Shown here: piece after piece, positions 1 through 13,098 of the stretch
How positions within the stretch are numbered: position 1 is the stretch's first letter
Layout: each line of letters begins with the position of its first letter
From: Pavona decussata
Taxonomy: Eukaryota
Assembly: GCA_977016875.1 (NCBI GenBank)
Contig: CDRNST010000025.1
Coordinates: forward strand, 372,001 to 436,000
Direction: 5' to 3'
Length of the DNA stretch: 64,000 nt
Position numbers and translations under genes: made by a program
The notes under the pieces: generated by a model
The model's database searches: none
Told to the model about the DNA's origin: nothing
The model's input: the letters and a program-made list of their open reading frames with translations, nothing else

Positions 1-399
1 CTCGATTGAAATTATGCCTTGTTAGTTAAACATGTTCAGTGAAGCTCATTAACAATAGAACCGATTCTTGCTCAAAATTATTTCCTACTTAATTTACTTC
101 AATAACCTTCCCGCTCTGTATAGGTAATTTTAAACATGGTGCGAAAACCTCCAATAGGTTGCTAAGAACTGATCATTTAATTTGCCGGAAAAAATAATTT
201 TTGGTCTGTTTAGTAATAACTGCCTAAATTATGGATCCTTGTCAAATAAAGGGAAAATCATCTACCAGGTATTTTCTGGCCAAGTTTCAAGTTTAGGCTG
301 AGCTGCAGACACCCAACAGCGTTGCCGAAATGGAGTTAGTGCAGTCTGTGATTGGCCTTTAAACAAGCTCATTGTTCGATTGGTCTGGTTATAGCCAAT

Positions 400-532
400 T
401 GAGTGTGTGCACGGCGGCCATGTTGGAGGACTAAAACAATAGAAGATATTTGCATAAAAATAAAATCTAGTTCCCAAAGGAAAATCATTGTATTGTTTCG
501 GTCCTCCAACATGGCCGTTGTGCACACATTCT
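400..532. mobile_element. ~133-bp MITE (TIR gagtgtgtgcacggcggccatgttggagga)
   Basis: ~28-bp imperfect terminal inverted repeats. Absent from the paralogous sites at ~5641 and ~21523 (ataaccaattag). Confidence 0.85.
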
Positions 533-718
533 ATTAGATTGGAAAGGATTTCGAAAGAGACTTCCAGTATTTTGTTTCCTTCTTTGGTGGTTTAGAACAA
601 GGATTTTGGTGTTAATTTGCAGACGGTGTTTAACGGCGGTTGATTCCGTCTGTGACGCAGACTACACGCTTTCAGTCAGCATCAAACAATCACGCGTGGA
701 AAGACATACTTATCCGTT

Positions 719-1606
719 ATGATTGATACTAGTCGTGTGGGGTTCATCTTAGCTTTGGCAGGAATTCCATTCTTCCTCGCGGGATTAATTGGAAATGTGT
801 TAGTCATCCGAATTGTGCATAAAACACGAGACATGCATACGACAACTAATTACCTCTTGGCTAACCTAGCTCTTAGCGACGTTATCACCATTTTATTGGC
901 GTGGCCGTCAATGTTAATACTAAGCTCTGGATTTGAAAAATTCAGTTGCGAGTTGTATGTTGCTAGTATCCTTCCTATACAGGTTTCATCCTTTACTCTG
1001 ACGGTACTAGCTGTGGAAAGATATCACGCTTTGCTGAAGCCTTTCAGGACAGGATTACGGTTAAAAGAAGACAACATTAAACAGGCGATCGCTGTTATTT
1101 GGATATCAAGCGTCGCCATCTGTTTACCCGGCTTCTTTTTAATCGAATGGAGCGAAAATAACTCTTCTTGTATTCCAAACAAGGTGTATTTCATCATAAT
1201 TCTTGTAGTTCTGACTTAAATCCCGATGATAGTATTTCTTTATTGTTATGGATCCTTGATCGAAGGACTGTACTTTTCTCAAACGATATGTACTGAAAAC
1301 ACTAATGAAGACAGAAATTCTGAGAAGAAAAAACTTGTTATTACATTTATCCTAGCGACTGCCGGATTTGTTATTGGTTATGGGCCAACCTGCATTTCTC
1401 ACACCGTTACAATTTTAGGAGGTGAAGGGCAGACGGGCTTTTTAAAATTGTCTATTCAATTGGCTGTCGTTGAATCAATATTCTTTTGTAGTTTATGTAT
1501 TAATCCTATTTTGTACGCCTTTCGCAGTACAAACTTCAGAAAAGGATTTAAACGCATAATATTCTGTCGAGAACCGCTGCAACAAAATGGTATGGAAATG
1601 CCATGA
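719..1606 (+). pseudogene. Class A GPCR, A-type copy A1, one nonsense codon
   Basis: 7TM motifs GNVLV, LALSD, ERY, NPILY. TAA at 1217-1219 where the near-identical intact paralog (12211) has TAT. The frame continues unchanged to 1606. Confidence 0.9.
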
Positions 1607-2106
1607 TCAGGAAGTTCAACTACGTGTAAATACTGTAGTCAAGTAAAATTGGTACCGATACTATGTTTTTCATTTCCATTAACCATAGAGAGATAACTTT
1701 CCGAGATGTTAGTTAATTAAATAGCTAATAGCCTTCTATGGAGTCGATCCTTATAAGGGATTCGTCGAAACTGTCAGTTTATAAGAGGAACGAGCGGCCA
1801 TTTTGAACTGCTTGTTTTCCATTTTCTTTGTCGATGTTCGCGAAATAAATAACCTATTTTGCAAGTCAACTCTAACAAATGGAAAGCATTACTTTAAATT
1901 TCACCAGTATTTCAGGACAGTTTCACCAGAAAGAAGTTCTGCATTCATTCTATAGGTCATAATCTAGCACACCAAATAAACCTCTGATTAAAACATTTAT
2001 TTAAGTTTATTTTTCGTCCAGCGCGATTGGGGGCGAGTGGTGAGACGTTATAACGTTGATGCACTCCCACGACTTGCCATAATTGATATAGGCGAAACAG
2101 ATATAA

Positions 2107-2641
2107 ATATTTGGTAATGCAGAGACATGCAAAAATTAACGATAAAAACCGACGTTTCGGTGTCTTCATGACGCCATTGTCAAGGAGAAATAAAAAATTA
2201 CAGAGTCTGCGGCAAGGTGTAACAATAAATTAGCATATAGTGTTTGAGGCTAATTAAATAAATACTTTTGCGCGAATAGAGTCGTTTTGGACGTTCAGAG
2301 TGGGTTTTAGGTCTCTGATGAAAAGCATTTCGTTAACCAAACAATAGAACTTATTTCTACACTTTTTCAGAATGCTAAAACGCCTCAGTAGATCTTTCGG
2401 GACTTCGCCATGCAAAAAGCTTCTTCAGTGTATAAACACTACCACGAACAGCATGGCGAAGTCCCGAAAACCAAAACGACTCTATTCGGGCAAAAGTATT
2501 TATTTAATCAGCCTCAAACACTATATGCTAATTTATTGTTACAACCTTGCCGCAGACTCTGTAAATTTTTTATTTCTCCTTGACAATGGCGTCATGAAGA
2601 CACCGAAACCTCGGTTTTTATCGTTAGTTTTGCATGTCTCT
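2107..2641 (-). mobile_element. Penelope-like element 3' fragment with inverted arm; 13-bp TSD
   Basis: Minus strand 2412-2254 translates HGEVPKDLLRRFSILKKCRNKFYCLVNEMLFIRDLKPTLNVQNDSIRAKVFI*, which resembles the C-terminus of a Penelope GIY-YIG endonuclease. ~170-bp inverted arms (2120-2290 / 2471-2642). gaaacagatataa is duplicated at 2094-2106 and 2642-2654. Empty sites at ~7186 and ~23088. Confidence 0.85.
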
Positions 2642-5600
2642 GAAACAGATATAAGCAGAATTACTTTTAAAAAAATTAACTGAGAAGCATGTCCTATCTC
2701 GTCTCAGTATTTCTTGGAAAATAACAAAATACATTCAATTAATTTTGCTGCTTATATTTAACAATTTTCTCTACAGCTGTGATTAACATTTTAAATAAAC
2801 AACAAAGCGACAGGCAAATGAATGTTAAATATATAGAGAAATGTAAAAATAAATTCACTTATTAAATAAAATGTGGACGAAAATTTAACAGCTATGGTGT
2901 GTCCTTTGTTTTATATCTTGATGTACGTTAAGTTGTTTTATTTTGAATTGTTTAATTTTTCCTTTTCTATTTGAAACATACTGACTCGTTAATCTGATTT
3001 ACTGAATTATGCCATAAAGGTTTTTCTCGGACCATTCTGTAATAATAAACAATTGCCAGCTTGACAAAAAGGAGAACAATTAAGCATTAATTTTTTGTTG
3101 TTGTTGTTGTTGTTGTTTTGTTTCGTTCTTTTTTTTTTGTTTTTTACCGCGGCCGAGTTCTGGATGCACACGGGAAGTTTTGGTGAACATCACAGAAGCG
3201 TTTACTTAAGAGCTCCTTGAGGCGATTGCCAACAACAGCTCGAGCTTCTCGAGCGCTCTTCAAAATTTTCCTATCCTTAACTGGAAAGACGCGCGCCAAA
3301 CATGAACCAATTCGTAAAAAAAGACGGTGATAAAACTGAATGGAGTCCAGTTCGCTCTGTGATCGCATGCTTATCAAACAGAATCAGAAGTCTGTGTAGC
3401 GAGAGGGCGACTAATTTTATCACGGGTATAGGGTTTAAAGACCGACTTGCACGACGTAATTAGTACTGACCGTTCCCGATTAATTCCATCTACTACAAAA
3501 TTCCAGTAAAAAATAGGGGAAAACTTTTTAGGGGAATGAAAAGACCATTACTTTTTGTTGCAAAATAAGCGAAAGAATACAAACCCATTCATGTACAACC
3601 GCCCACGTGATAGCTCGACGTACTGTCCAATAACTTAGGAAAGGCAGGTTTTTGCACAGTTCTATTAATATTCAAATCATGCCTATCGAGAATTTTGATA
3701 ACGTTTTGTTAAAACCAAAGTAACATTTAAATTCCGGACTCAACCAAGGGATTTGCTTAGTACCTGGTCTTTGGTTGGAATTTCATTCGATTGAAGTTAG
3801 AGTTTCGTTTAATCTGTGTGAAATTAAATCATTTAAGTCTAGTCATTCTCTTTTGATATCATACTAGGCAAGAGGCAAATAATATGCGTTTTGAACAATT
3901 CACTCAACGAGCTGTTACTGACACGAGTGTGTCAGTAACAGTGTGTGTATGTATGAAACTACACAATATCCCTTTTCGTTGACAACATACTGCGTCAATA
4001 TATTTAGTTTGAGCCTTATAACAAACACGTCACAAACTTGTCACAGATCACAAACTCTTTCACTTAACCCACCAGCTAGAACAAACAATTGGCAGATCCA
4101 CCTGCTTTTTTCTGCGTGAGACTGAGTTAAGAGATAAACTACAAAAAGAATCAATAACACAATTTTTAATTAGTTTCTTCCCATCGTCATCACTTGTCGT
4201 CCACTGTTATGTTCTTAAATGCTCAGGAGCGCTCAGCGAGAACATTTCACCAAAATACTTAAAATGTTCTCTCCTGTGTACCCAGAACATTTTCAGCCCT
4301 TTTAAAGACATATTCGTGTAAGCTGCTACAAATTGATCTTTTCGGATGCTTTTCCAGAACGTCTTTGGAAACGGAATTTTATTCCTCGAATTTACTGGCT
4401 GATGAAGGTTTTACAAAATGCTCTCTGACTCTTTTTGCATTTTAACGACATATTTACCCCTTCAAAAACAAAAGGAATTAGTTTGCACACCGTGTTATGA
4501 GATATCTGAAGAAGAAATCTTTAGATTTTCTGTCAACTAAATCCGAATATCTCAGGCTAAAGGCCATTCTAACATATATCCGCAGAAATTAACCCTTGGG
4601 TACCCCTGAGAGTTGGGACACTGAACGTAGCATTAATTAATTCACAAGTAGGATGAGTTTTCAGGTGTGTCCATTAGGCGATATGTTGAAAGAAGTTGAC
4701 CGCTTTGATAACTTTCGCTTGTTCACGAAAGGCGTATATGTTCGCAAGAAAGGATTGCTATTTCGATTTGTTCAGTTCCCTTATCGAAATATGCTCTTAA
4801 AATAAGTGGAAACAATCTTTTTTTTTCGTTTTCCGATTATAATAATTTCTCACGTTTTCTTCATCTTGAATCACCTGGCAAATGTCTAAGGCTGAAAATG
4901 ATTGCGGCAAGAATTTGTTGATCGATATTACACGTTAATAGGAATAAGCTAATGCTATGTTAAGATTAACATGAGAGTAAATACTGTTGCAGGTCTTAAA
5001 AGTTGTTTTGAGAATTTCGTGCGAAACGAAATGCAATGCCTAAGTGCCAGTTTAATATTAGTTTTATGTCTATTTGCGTCGATGATGACTAAAATAACAA
5101 GTCCAACCTGCTGTCATTAATGCATAATGGGTGAAAAAATAACCTGTTTTCTAACTGCTGAGTGTCATTTTATATTCTGTTAATTTTTTCTTTATTATTA
5201 TTATTGTTCTTCTTATTATTATCCATTTATTTCTGTTTTACTTTTATACAATGGTTTGAGAAATTTCACAAAAATGCTTGATTGAAATTATGCTTTCTAA
5301 CAATAGAACCGATTATTGCTCAAAATTATTTCCTACTTAATTCCCTACAATAACCTTCCCGCTCTGTAAGTAATTTTAAACATGGTGCGAAAACTTCCAA
5401 TAGGTTGCTAAGAACTGATCATTTAATTTGCCCGACAAAAATAATTTTTGGTCTGTTTAGTCATAACTGCCTAAATTGTGGATCCTATTCAAATAAAGGG
5501 AAAATTATCTTCAATGTGTTTTCTGGCCAAGTTTCAAGTTTAGGCTGCGCTGAGACCCCCAACAGCGTAGCAGGATCTGAGTTTGTACACTCTGTGATTG

Positions 5601-5818
5601 GCCTTTCAACAAGGTCATTGTTCGATTGGTCTGGTTATAACCAATTAGAATGGAGGAGATTTCGAAAGAGAATTCCGGTATTTTGTCTCCTTCTTTGGTT
5701 TTATTAGAAAAAGGATTTTGGTGTTAATTTGCAGACGGTGTTTAACGGCGGTTGAAGCAGGCTACACGCTTTCAGTCATCATCGAACAATCAGGCGTGGA
5801 AAGACAAATTTATCCGTT

Positions 5819-6700
5819 ATGATTGATACTAGTAGTGTGTGGTTCATCTAAGCTTTGGCAGAAATTCCATTCTTCCTCGCCGGATTAATTGGAAATGTGC
5901 TAGTCATCCGAATTGTGCATAAAACACGAGACATGCATACGACAACTAATTACCTCTTGGCTAACCTTGCTCTTAGCGATGTTATCACCATTTTGTTGGT
6001 GTGGCCGTCAGTGTTGATAGCAAGCTCTGGATTTGGAAAAAAAAGTTGCAAGTTTTATGTTGTTGGTATTCTTCCTACACTGGTTTCATCCTTTACTCTG
6101 ACGGTACTAGCTGTGGAAAGATATCACGCTTTGCTGAAGCCTTTCAGAACAGGATTACGGTTAAAAGAAGACAACATTAAACAGGCGATCGCTGTTATTT
6201 GGATATCAAGCGTCGCCATCTGTTTGCCCGGCTTCTTTTTAAGCGAATGGAGCGAAAATTACTCTTATTGTATTCCAAACAAGGTGTATTTCATCATAAT
6301 CACTATAGTTGTGGCTTATATCCTGATGATAGTATTTCTTTATTGTTATGGATCCTTGATCGAAGGACTGTACTTTTCTCAAACGATATGTACTGAAAAC
6401 ACTAATGAAGACAGAAATTCTGAGAAGAAAAAACTTGTTATTACATTTATCCTAGCGACTGCAGGATTTGTTATTGGTTATGGACCAACTTTCTTTTTTC
6501 ACAACGTTGTAATTTTAGGAGGTAAAGAGCAGACAGCAGGCCTTAAATTCTCTTCAGCTGTCGTTGAATCAATATTCTTTTGTAGTTTATGTATTAACCC
6601 TATTTTGTACGCCTTTCGCAGTACAAACTTCAAAGAAGGATTTAAACGCATAATATTCTGTCGAGAATCGCTGCCTCAAATTGATATGCAAATGTCATGA
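5819..6700 (+). pseudogene. Class A GPCR, A-type copy A2, nonsense at codon 11
   Basis: The paralog-equivalent ATG is at 5819. TTA>TAA at 5849-5851. The listed ORF starts at a TTG, and the next in-frame ATG lies after TM1. The rest of the 7TM frame is intact. Confidence 0.8.
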
Positions 6701-8882
6701 TCAGGAAGTTCAACTTTTTGTAAATACTCTAGTTAAGTGCAGTAGAACCGAGTTTGTATGTTTTTCGTTTCCATTAACCATAGAGACATGGGCAATAACA
6801 TGCAGAGACGTAAGTTAATTACATAGCTGATAGCCTTATATGGAGTCAATTATTATAAGGGAATCGTCGAAACTCTCAGGTTCGATCTGCAGTTTGTAAG
6901 AGCCGTACGGCCATTTTGAACTGTTTGTTTTCCGCTTTCTTTGTCGATGTTCGCGAAAGAAAAAAAAACCTATCTTGCAAGTCAACTCTAACAAATTATG
7001 GAAATTTCACCAGTATTTTAGGACAGAAGTTCTGAATTCATTCTATAGGTAATAAACTAGCACACCAAATAAACCCTTTATTAAAACATTTATTTCAGTT
7101 TATTTCTCGTCCGGCGTGATTGGGGGCAGTTGGTGAGACGTCATACCTTGATGCACTTCTACGACTTGGCATAATTGATACAGGGGAAACAGATATACGC
7201 AGAATTACTTTAAAAAAAATTAACTAAAAAGCATGTCCTATCTCGTTTTAGTATTTCTTGGAAAATAAGAAATACATTCAATTAATTTTGCTCCTTATAT
7301 TTTATAATTTTCTCTACAGCTGTGGTTAACATTTTAAATAAACAAAAAAGCGACAGGCAAATGAATGTTAAATATATAGAGAAATGTAAAAATATATTTA
7401 GTTATTAAATAAAATGTGGACGAAAATTTAACAGCTATGGCGTGTCCTTTGTTTTATATCTTGATGTACGTTAAGTTGTTTTATTTTGAATTGTTTAATT
7501 ATACCTTTTCTATTTGATACATACTGACTCGTTAATCTGATTACTAAATTGTGCCATAAAGGTTGTTCTTGGACCATTTTGTAACAATAAACAATGGTCA
7601 GCTTGACAAAGAGGAAAACAATTAAGCATAATTGTTTTTTTTTGTTGTTGTTGTTGTTGTTGTTTTGCTTTTGTTTTTTGTTTGTTTTGGATGTTGTTTT
7701 TTTGTTTTGTTTTTTACCGCGGCCGATTTCTGGATGCACACGGAAAGTTTTCGAGAACATCACAGCAGCGTTTACTTAAGAGCTCCTTAAGGCGATAGCC
7801 AGCAGCAGCTCGAGCTTCTCGAGCGCTCTTCAAACTTTTCCTATCCTATACTGTAAAGACGCGCGCCAAACATGAACCAATTCTTATAAAGACGGTAATA
7901 AAACTGAGTGGAGTCCAGTTCGGTCTGTGATCGCACGCTTATTAAACAGAATCAGAGGTCCATGTAGCGAGAGTGCGACTAATTTTATCACGGGTATAGG
8001 GATTAAGGACCGAATTGCACGACGTAATTAGTACTGACCGTTCCCGATTAATTCCATCTACTACAAAATTCCAGTAAAAATAGGGGTAAACTTTTTAGGG
8101 GAATAAAAAGACATCACTTTTTGTTGCAAAATAGGCGAAAGAATACAAACCCATTCATGACAACTGCCCACGTGATAGCACGGCGTACTGTCCATTAACT
8201 TAGGAATGGCAAGTTTTTACACAGTTCTATTAATATTCAAATCATACCTTTCGAGAATTTCGATAAAGTTTTGTTAAAACAAGAGAAATATTTAAATTAC
8301 GGACTCAACCAAGAGGTGTGTTTAGTGACCTGGTCTTTGGTTGGAATTTTCTGCGAGTGAAGTTGGAGTTTCGTTTAATGCGTGTGTAATTAAGTCTTTT
8401 ATATCTCGTCATTCTCTTTTGAAATCATACTAGGCAAGAGGCAAATAATATCGTTTTGAATAATTCACTCCACGAGCTGTTACGCACGAGTTAGAATTTA
8501 CTTTGAACCGTAAAATGGTATAGAAAAAAGCTTCATTGTAGCGCCTCTGTCTTCAATAACCAAAATTAGGCCTGATAAGAATTCAGTTTGATCAGGTTTG
8601 CACTGAAAATTTGACTTTTTCTTTTTTTTTTTTTTTTTTCAATCTATTCATCATTAAAGCTGATCAGATCAATTGATTGATTTAACGTGCAATTTAACAG
8701 AATTCCAGTCGTTCGCCGCTTTTTCTGTCTTCAAATGACGCTAAGTGAAAAAGCTTGTTCCGGATGTTAACGTCTCGTCACACGACAAATTTCGTGCTTC
8801 AAGAGGATGGGGAACCATCTAAAAACACCTGCACTATAGATATCGGCAGAAATGAACCGTTGGTTTCCCCTGATTCAAATTG

Positions 8883-9812
8883 TCAAGGCATCTGAATCTC
8901 ATTCTGGGGCACTGGTCCGCGACAGAATATTATGCGTTTAAATCCTTCTTTAAAGCTCGAACTGCGAAAGGCGTAAAACATCGGATTAAGACATAAACTA
9001 CAATAAAAACCTAACAGGAAGAAAACCGAAAGATTTGAATACAACTTATGGTTTATCTCTTTATCAACTCCTGACGCTAAAACTGTGTACAAAATAGCAA
9101 TTGGTCCATAATCAATAACAAATCCTGTAGTTGCCAGGATGAATGTTATAACAAGTTTCTTTTTCTCAGAACTTCTGTCTTCGTTAGTGTCCGCAGCACA
9201 AACCGTGTGAGAAAAGTACAGTCCTTTCATCAAGGATCCATAGCAATAAAGAAATACCATCAATGGAATATAGGCGCTAATAATGCCGTATATGATCCCA
9301 AAAACCTTGCTTTTCGTACTCAAAGGCAAGTTCCATGGGCCAGTACATCTTGAAAGCGATTCGCTCCATTCCTGAACAAAGAATTCTGGAAAAACGGTGA
9401 AAAAGCTTAAGATCCAAACGAGAGCTATTGCCTGCTTGATGTTCTCCTCTGTTAATCGTAAACCCGTTCGGAAAGGCTTTAGCAAAGCGTGATATCTTTC
9501 TATCGCCAGCAACGAAAGAGTTAGTGCTGAGGTAGTTATTAAAATATCACTGAGAACTAAGAACTTGCAAGAGAATTTCCCAAATACGCTGCTTGGATAT
9601 CCAATGTGATACGAAAAGAAATACAACGGAGCCAACAAAATGGTGATGACATCGCTTACAGCCAAGTTTGCCAAAAGGTAATTTGTTGTCGAATGCATGT
9701 CTCGTGTTTTGTAGACAATTCGGATGACCAATGTATTCCCAATGAATCCGATGATATAAACAGGAATAGCGGCCACGAAAAGTCGATAGTTAAGACTCTC
9801 ACTATTAATCAT
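8883..9812 (-). CDS. Class A GPCR, B-type copy B1 (309 aa, peptide-receptor-like orphan)
   Basis: Intact ORF. GNTLV (TM1), LAVSD (TM2), C3.25, ERY, W4.50, ECL2 Cys, NPMFY, helix 8. Confidence 0.92.
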   Translation of the reverse strand: MINSESLNYRLFVAAIPVYIIGFIGNTLVIRIVYKTRDMHSTTNYLLANLAVSDVITILLAPLYFFSYHIGYPSSVFGKFSCKFLVLSDILITTSALTLSLLAIERYHALLKPFRTGLRLTEENIKQAIALVWILSFFTVFPEFFVQEWSESLSRCTGPWNLPLSTKSKVFGIIYGIISAYIPLMVFLYCYGSLMKGLYFSHTVCAADTNEDRSSEKKKLVITFILATTGFVIDYGPIAILYTVLASGVDKEINHKLYSNLSVFFLLGFYCSLCLNPMFYAFRSSSFKEGFKRIIFCRGPVPQNEIQMP

Positions 9813-9916
9813 GATGTTTCCAGGTTTATCTTAAGATGTCTTTCACTTCTCCTAGCTTGGATAAAAATAGCTTGCAGTGATAGCCAACATCATCCATTCA
9901 CACATATTGTTTACTG

Positions 9917-9924
9917 TGACGTCA
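9917..9924. promoter_or_regulatory. Palindromic CRE-like site TGACGTCA 105 bp upstream of the B1 ATG (also at 17725-17732 for B2)
   Basis: Exact octamer at the same offset in both B copies. The conservation may only reflect recent duplication. Confidence 0.3.
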
Positions 9925-11891
9925 CATGCGTGGGTAATAATATGGTGACGAGTGAGATTAGGAATTATATTTTCATGTCACGCGTTTTGTCTAAATTCTA
10001 ATAATTTAGGTCAAGGAAATTATTAGAATTTGGACAAGCGCAAGTGAAATCATTTCCTAATGTAACGAGTATACCATCTCATAACCTTTTAAATTACGCC
10101 CCCAATCGTCCGTTTCTGACTTGTTTATTGTATCGAGCAATGTGCCGTGATGTTTTTTAGTTTACTTGTGAAATTATATATTACCGCTGAAATCTCGCGC
10201 CAAAATTAAGGAGTAATTTGTAACCCATGGTATTATGTATGAAACTACACAGTATGCCTTTTCGTTGACAACATATACTGCGTAAATTCATTATTCAGTT
10301 TGAGCCTTACAACAAACATATCACAAACCTGTCACAGATCACAAACTCTGTCACTTAAGCCACCAGCTAGCGCAAACAATTGGTAGATCCACCTGCTTTT
10401 CCTGCGTAAGAGTTAAGAGATAAACTACAAAAAGAATCAATAACACAATTTTTAATTAGTTTCTTCCCATTGTCGTCCACTCTTATGTTCTCAAATACTC
10501 AGGAGCGCTCATTTTACAAAATACTTAAAATGATTTCTCCTGTGTTGAAAGAATGTTTTCTGCCCTTTTAAAGACATATTTGTGTAAGCTACCACAAATT
10601 GATCTTTTCGGATGCTCTTGCAGAATGTTTTGGGAAACGGAAGTTTATTCCTCGAATTTACTGGCTGTTGCTGGTTTTACTAAATGCTCGCTGACTCTTT
10701 TTGCATTTTAAACGACATACCTACCCCTTCGAAAACGAAAGAAATTAGTTTGCCCGCAGTGTTATGAGATTTCTAAAGAAGAAATCTTTAGATTTTCTGT
10801 GCAACTAAATCCGAATTTCTAAGGCTAAAGGCCATTGTAACATATATACACAGAAATCAACCCTTGGGTACCCCTGAGAGTTGGGACACTGCACGTAGCA
10901 TTAATTAATTCACAAGTAGGATGAGTTTTCAGGTGTGTCCATCTGGCGATATGTTGAAAGAAGTCGACCGCTTTAATAACTTTCGCTTGTTCACGAACGG
11001 CGTATATGTTCGCAAGAAAGGATTGCTTTTTCGTTTTGTTCGGTTCCTTTATCGAAATATGCGTTTAAAATAAGTGGAAACAATCTCTTTTTCGTTTCCC
11101 GATTATAATAATGTCTCACGTTTTCTTCATCTTGAATCACCTGGCAAATGTCTAAGGCTGAAAATGATTGCGGCAAAAATTTGTTGATAGATGTTACAGC
11201 TTAATAGGAATAAGCTAATGCTGTGTTAAGAATAACATAAGGGTGAAATACTGTTTCAGGTCTTTAAAAGTTTTTTTTTGACAATTTCGTGCGAAAAGAA
11301 ATGCAATGCCCAAGTGCCAGTTTAATAATATTAATTTTATGTTTATTTGCATCGATGCTGACTAAAATTACAAGTCCAACCTGCTGTCATTAATGCATAA
11401 TGGGTGAAAAAATAACCTGTTTTCTAACTGCTTAGTGTCATTTTATATTCTGTGAATTTTTTCTATTATTATTATTGTTCTTAATATTATCTTCCATTTA
11501 TCTCTGTTTTATTTTCACAATGGTTTGAGAAATTGCACAAAAATGCTTGATTGAAATGGTGCTTTCTCAGTTAAATATGTTCAGTGAAGCTCATTCACAA
11601 TAGAACCGAATATTGCTCAAAATTATTTCCTATTTAATTTACTTCAATAATCTTCCCGCTCTGTAAAAGTAATTTTAAACATGGTGCGAAAACCTCCAAT
11701 AGGTTGCTAAGAACTGATCATTTAATTTGCCGGACAAAAATAATTTTTGGTCTGTTTAGTCATAACTGCCTAAATTATTGATCCTTGTCAAATAAAGGGA
11801 AAATTGTCTACCAGGTGTTTTCTGGCCAAGTTTCAAGTTTAGGCTGGCCTTTAAACAAGCTCATTGTTCGATTGGTCTGGTGATAGCTAAT

Positions 11892-12024
11892 TGAGTGTGT
11901 GCACGGCGGCCATGTTGGAGGACTAAAGCAATAGAAGATATTTGCATAAAAATAAAATCTAGTTCCCAAAGGAAAAATATTGTATTGTTTCGGTCCTCCA
12001 ACATGGCCGTCGTGCACACATTCT
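11892..12024. mobile_element. MITE, paralog of 400-532
   Basis: Same TIRs and same insertion site upstream of A3. Confidence 0.85.
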
Positions 12025-12210
12025 ATTAGATTGGAAAGGATTTCGAAAGAGACTTCCAGTATTTTGTTTCCTTCTTTGGTGGTTTAGAACAAGGATTTTG
12101 TTGTTAATTAGCAGACGGTGTTTAACGGCGGTCAATTCCGTCTGTGACGCAGACTACACGCTTTCAGTCAGCATCAAACAATCACGCGTGGAAAGACATA
12201 TTTATCCGTT

Positions 12211-13098
12211 ATGATTGATACTAGTAGTGTGGGGTTCATCTTAGCTTTGGCAGGAATTCCATTCTTCCTCGCGGGATTAATTGGAAATGTGTTGGTCATC
12301 CGAATTGTGCATAAAACACGAGACATGCATACGACAACTAATTACCTCTTGGCTAACCTAGCTCTTAGCGATGTTATCACCATTTTATTGGCGTGGCCGT
12401 CAATGTTAATAGTAAGCTCTGGATTTGAAAAATTCAGTTGCAAGTTGTATGTTGTTAGTATCCTTCCTATACAGGTTTCATCCTTTACTCTGACGGTACT
12501 AGCTGTGGAAAGATATCACGCTTTGCTGAAGCCTTTCAGAACAGGATTACGGTTGAAAGAAGACAACATTAAACAGGCGATCGCTGTTATTTGGATATCA
12601 AGCGTCGCCATCTGTTTGCCCGGCTTCTTTTTAATCGAATGGAGCGAAAATAACTCTTATTGTATTCCAAACAAGGTGTATTTCATCATAATCCTTGTAG
12701 TTCTGACTTATATCCCGATGATAGTATTTCTTTATTGTTATGGATCCTTGATAGAAGGACTGTACTTTTCTCAAACGATATGTACTGAAAACACTAATGA
12801 AGACAGAAATTCTGAGAAGAAAAAACTTGTTATTACATTTATCCTAGCGACTGCCGGATTTGTTATTGGTTATGGGCCAACCTGCATTTCTCACACCGTT
12901 ACAATTTTAGGAGGAGAAGGGCAGACGGGCTTTTTAAAATTGTCTATTCAATTGGCTGTCGTTGAATCAATATTCTTTTGTAGTTTATGCATTAATCCTA
13001 TTTTGTACGCCTTTCGCAGTACAAACTTCAGAAAAGGATTTAAACGCATAATATTCTGTCGAGAACCGCTGCAACAAAATGGTATGGAAATGCCATGA
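12211..13098 (+). CDS. Class A GPCR, A-type copy A3 (295 aa, intact)
   Basis: Intact single-exon 7TM ORF with GN, LAxSD, ERY and NPILY. Very short N-terminus. Confidence 0.92.
   Translation: MIDTSSVGFILALAGIPFFLAGLIGNVLVIRIVHKTRDMHTTTNYLLANLALSDVITILLAWPSMLIVSSGFEKFSCKLYVVSILPIQVSSFTLTVLAVERYHALLKPFRTGLRLKEDNIKQAIAVIWISSVAICLPGFFLIEWSENNSYCIPNKVYFIIILVVLTYIPMIVFLYCYGSLIEGLYFSQTICTENTNEDRNSEKKKLVITFILATAGFVIGYGPTCISHTVTILGGEGQTGFLKLSIQLAVVESIFFCSLCINPILYAFRSTNFRKGFKRIIFCREPLQQNGMEMP

Noticed and set aside
7428-7779. Lys/Asn-rich and Leu/Phe-rich ORFs (also 14490-14702)
   Set aside because: Translation of GTT/T-rich microsatellites.
9606-10001. Antisense or alternative-frame ORFs over GPCR and NACHT genes (9606, 17414, 6199, 22097, 30345-31709, 33128, 55958)
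   Set aside because: Shadows of real coding sequence, mostly with non-ATG starts, repeated only because the host gene is duplicated.
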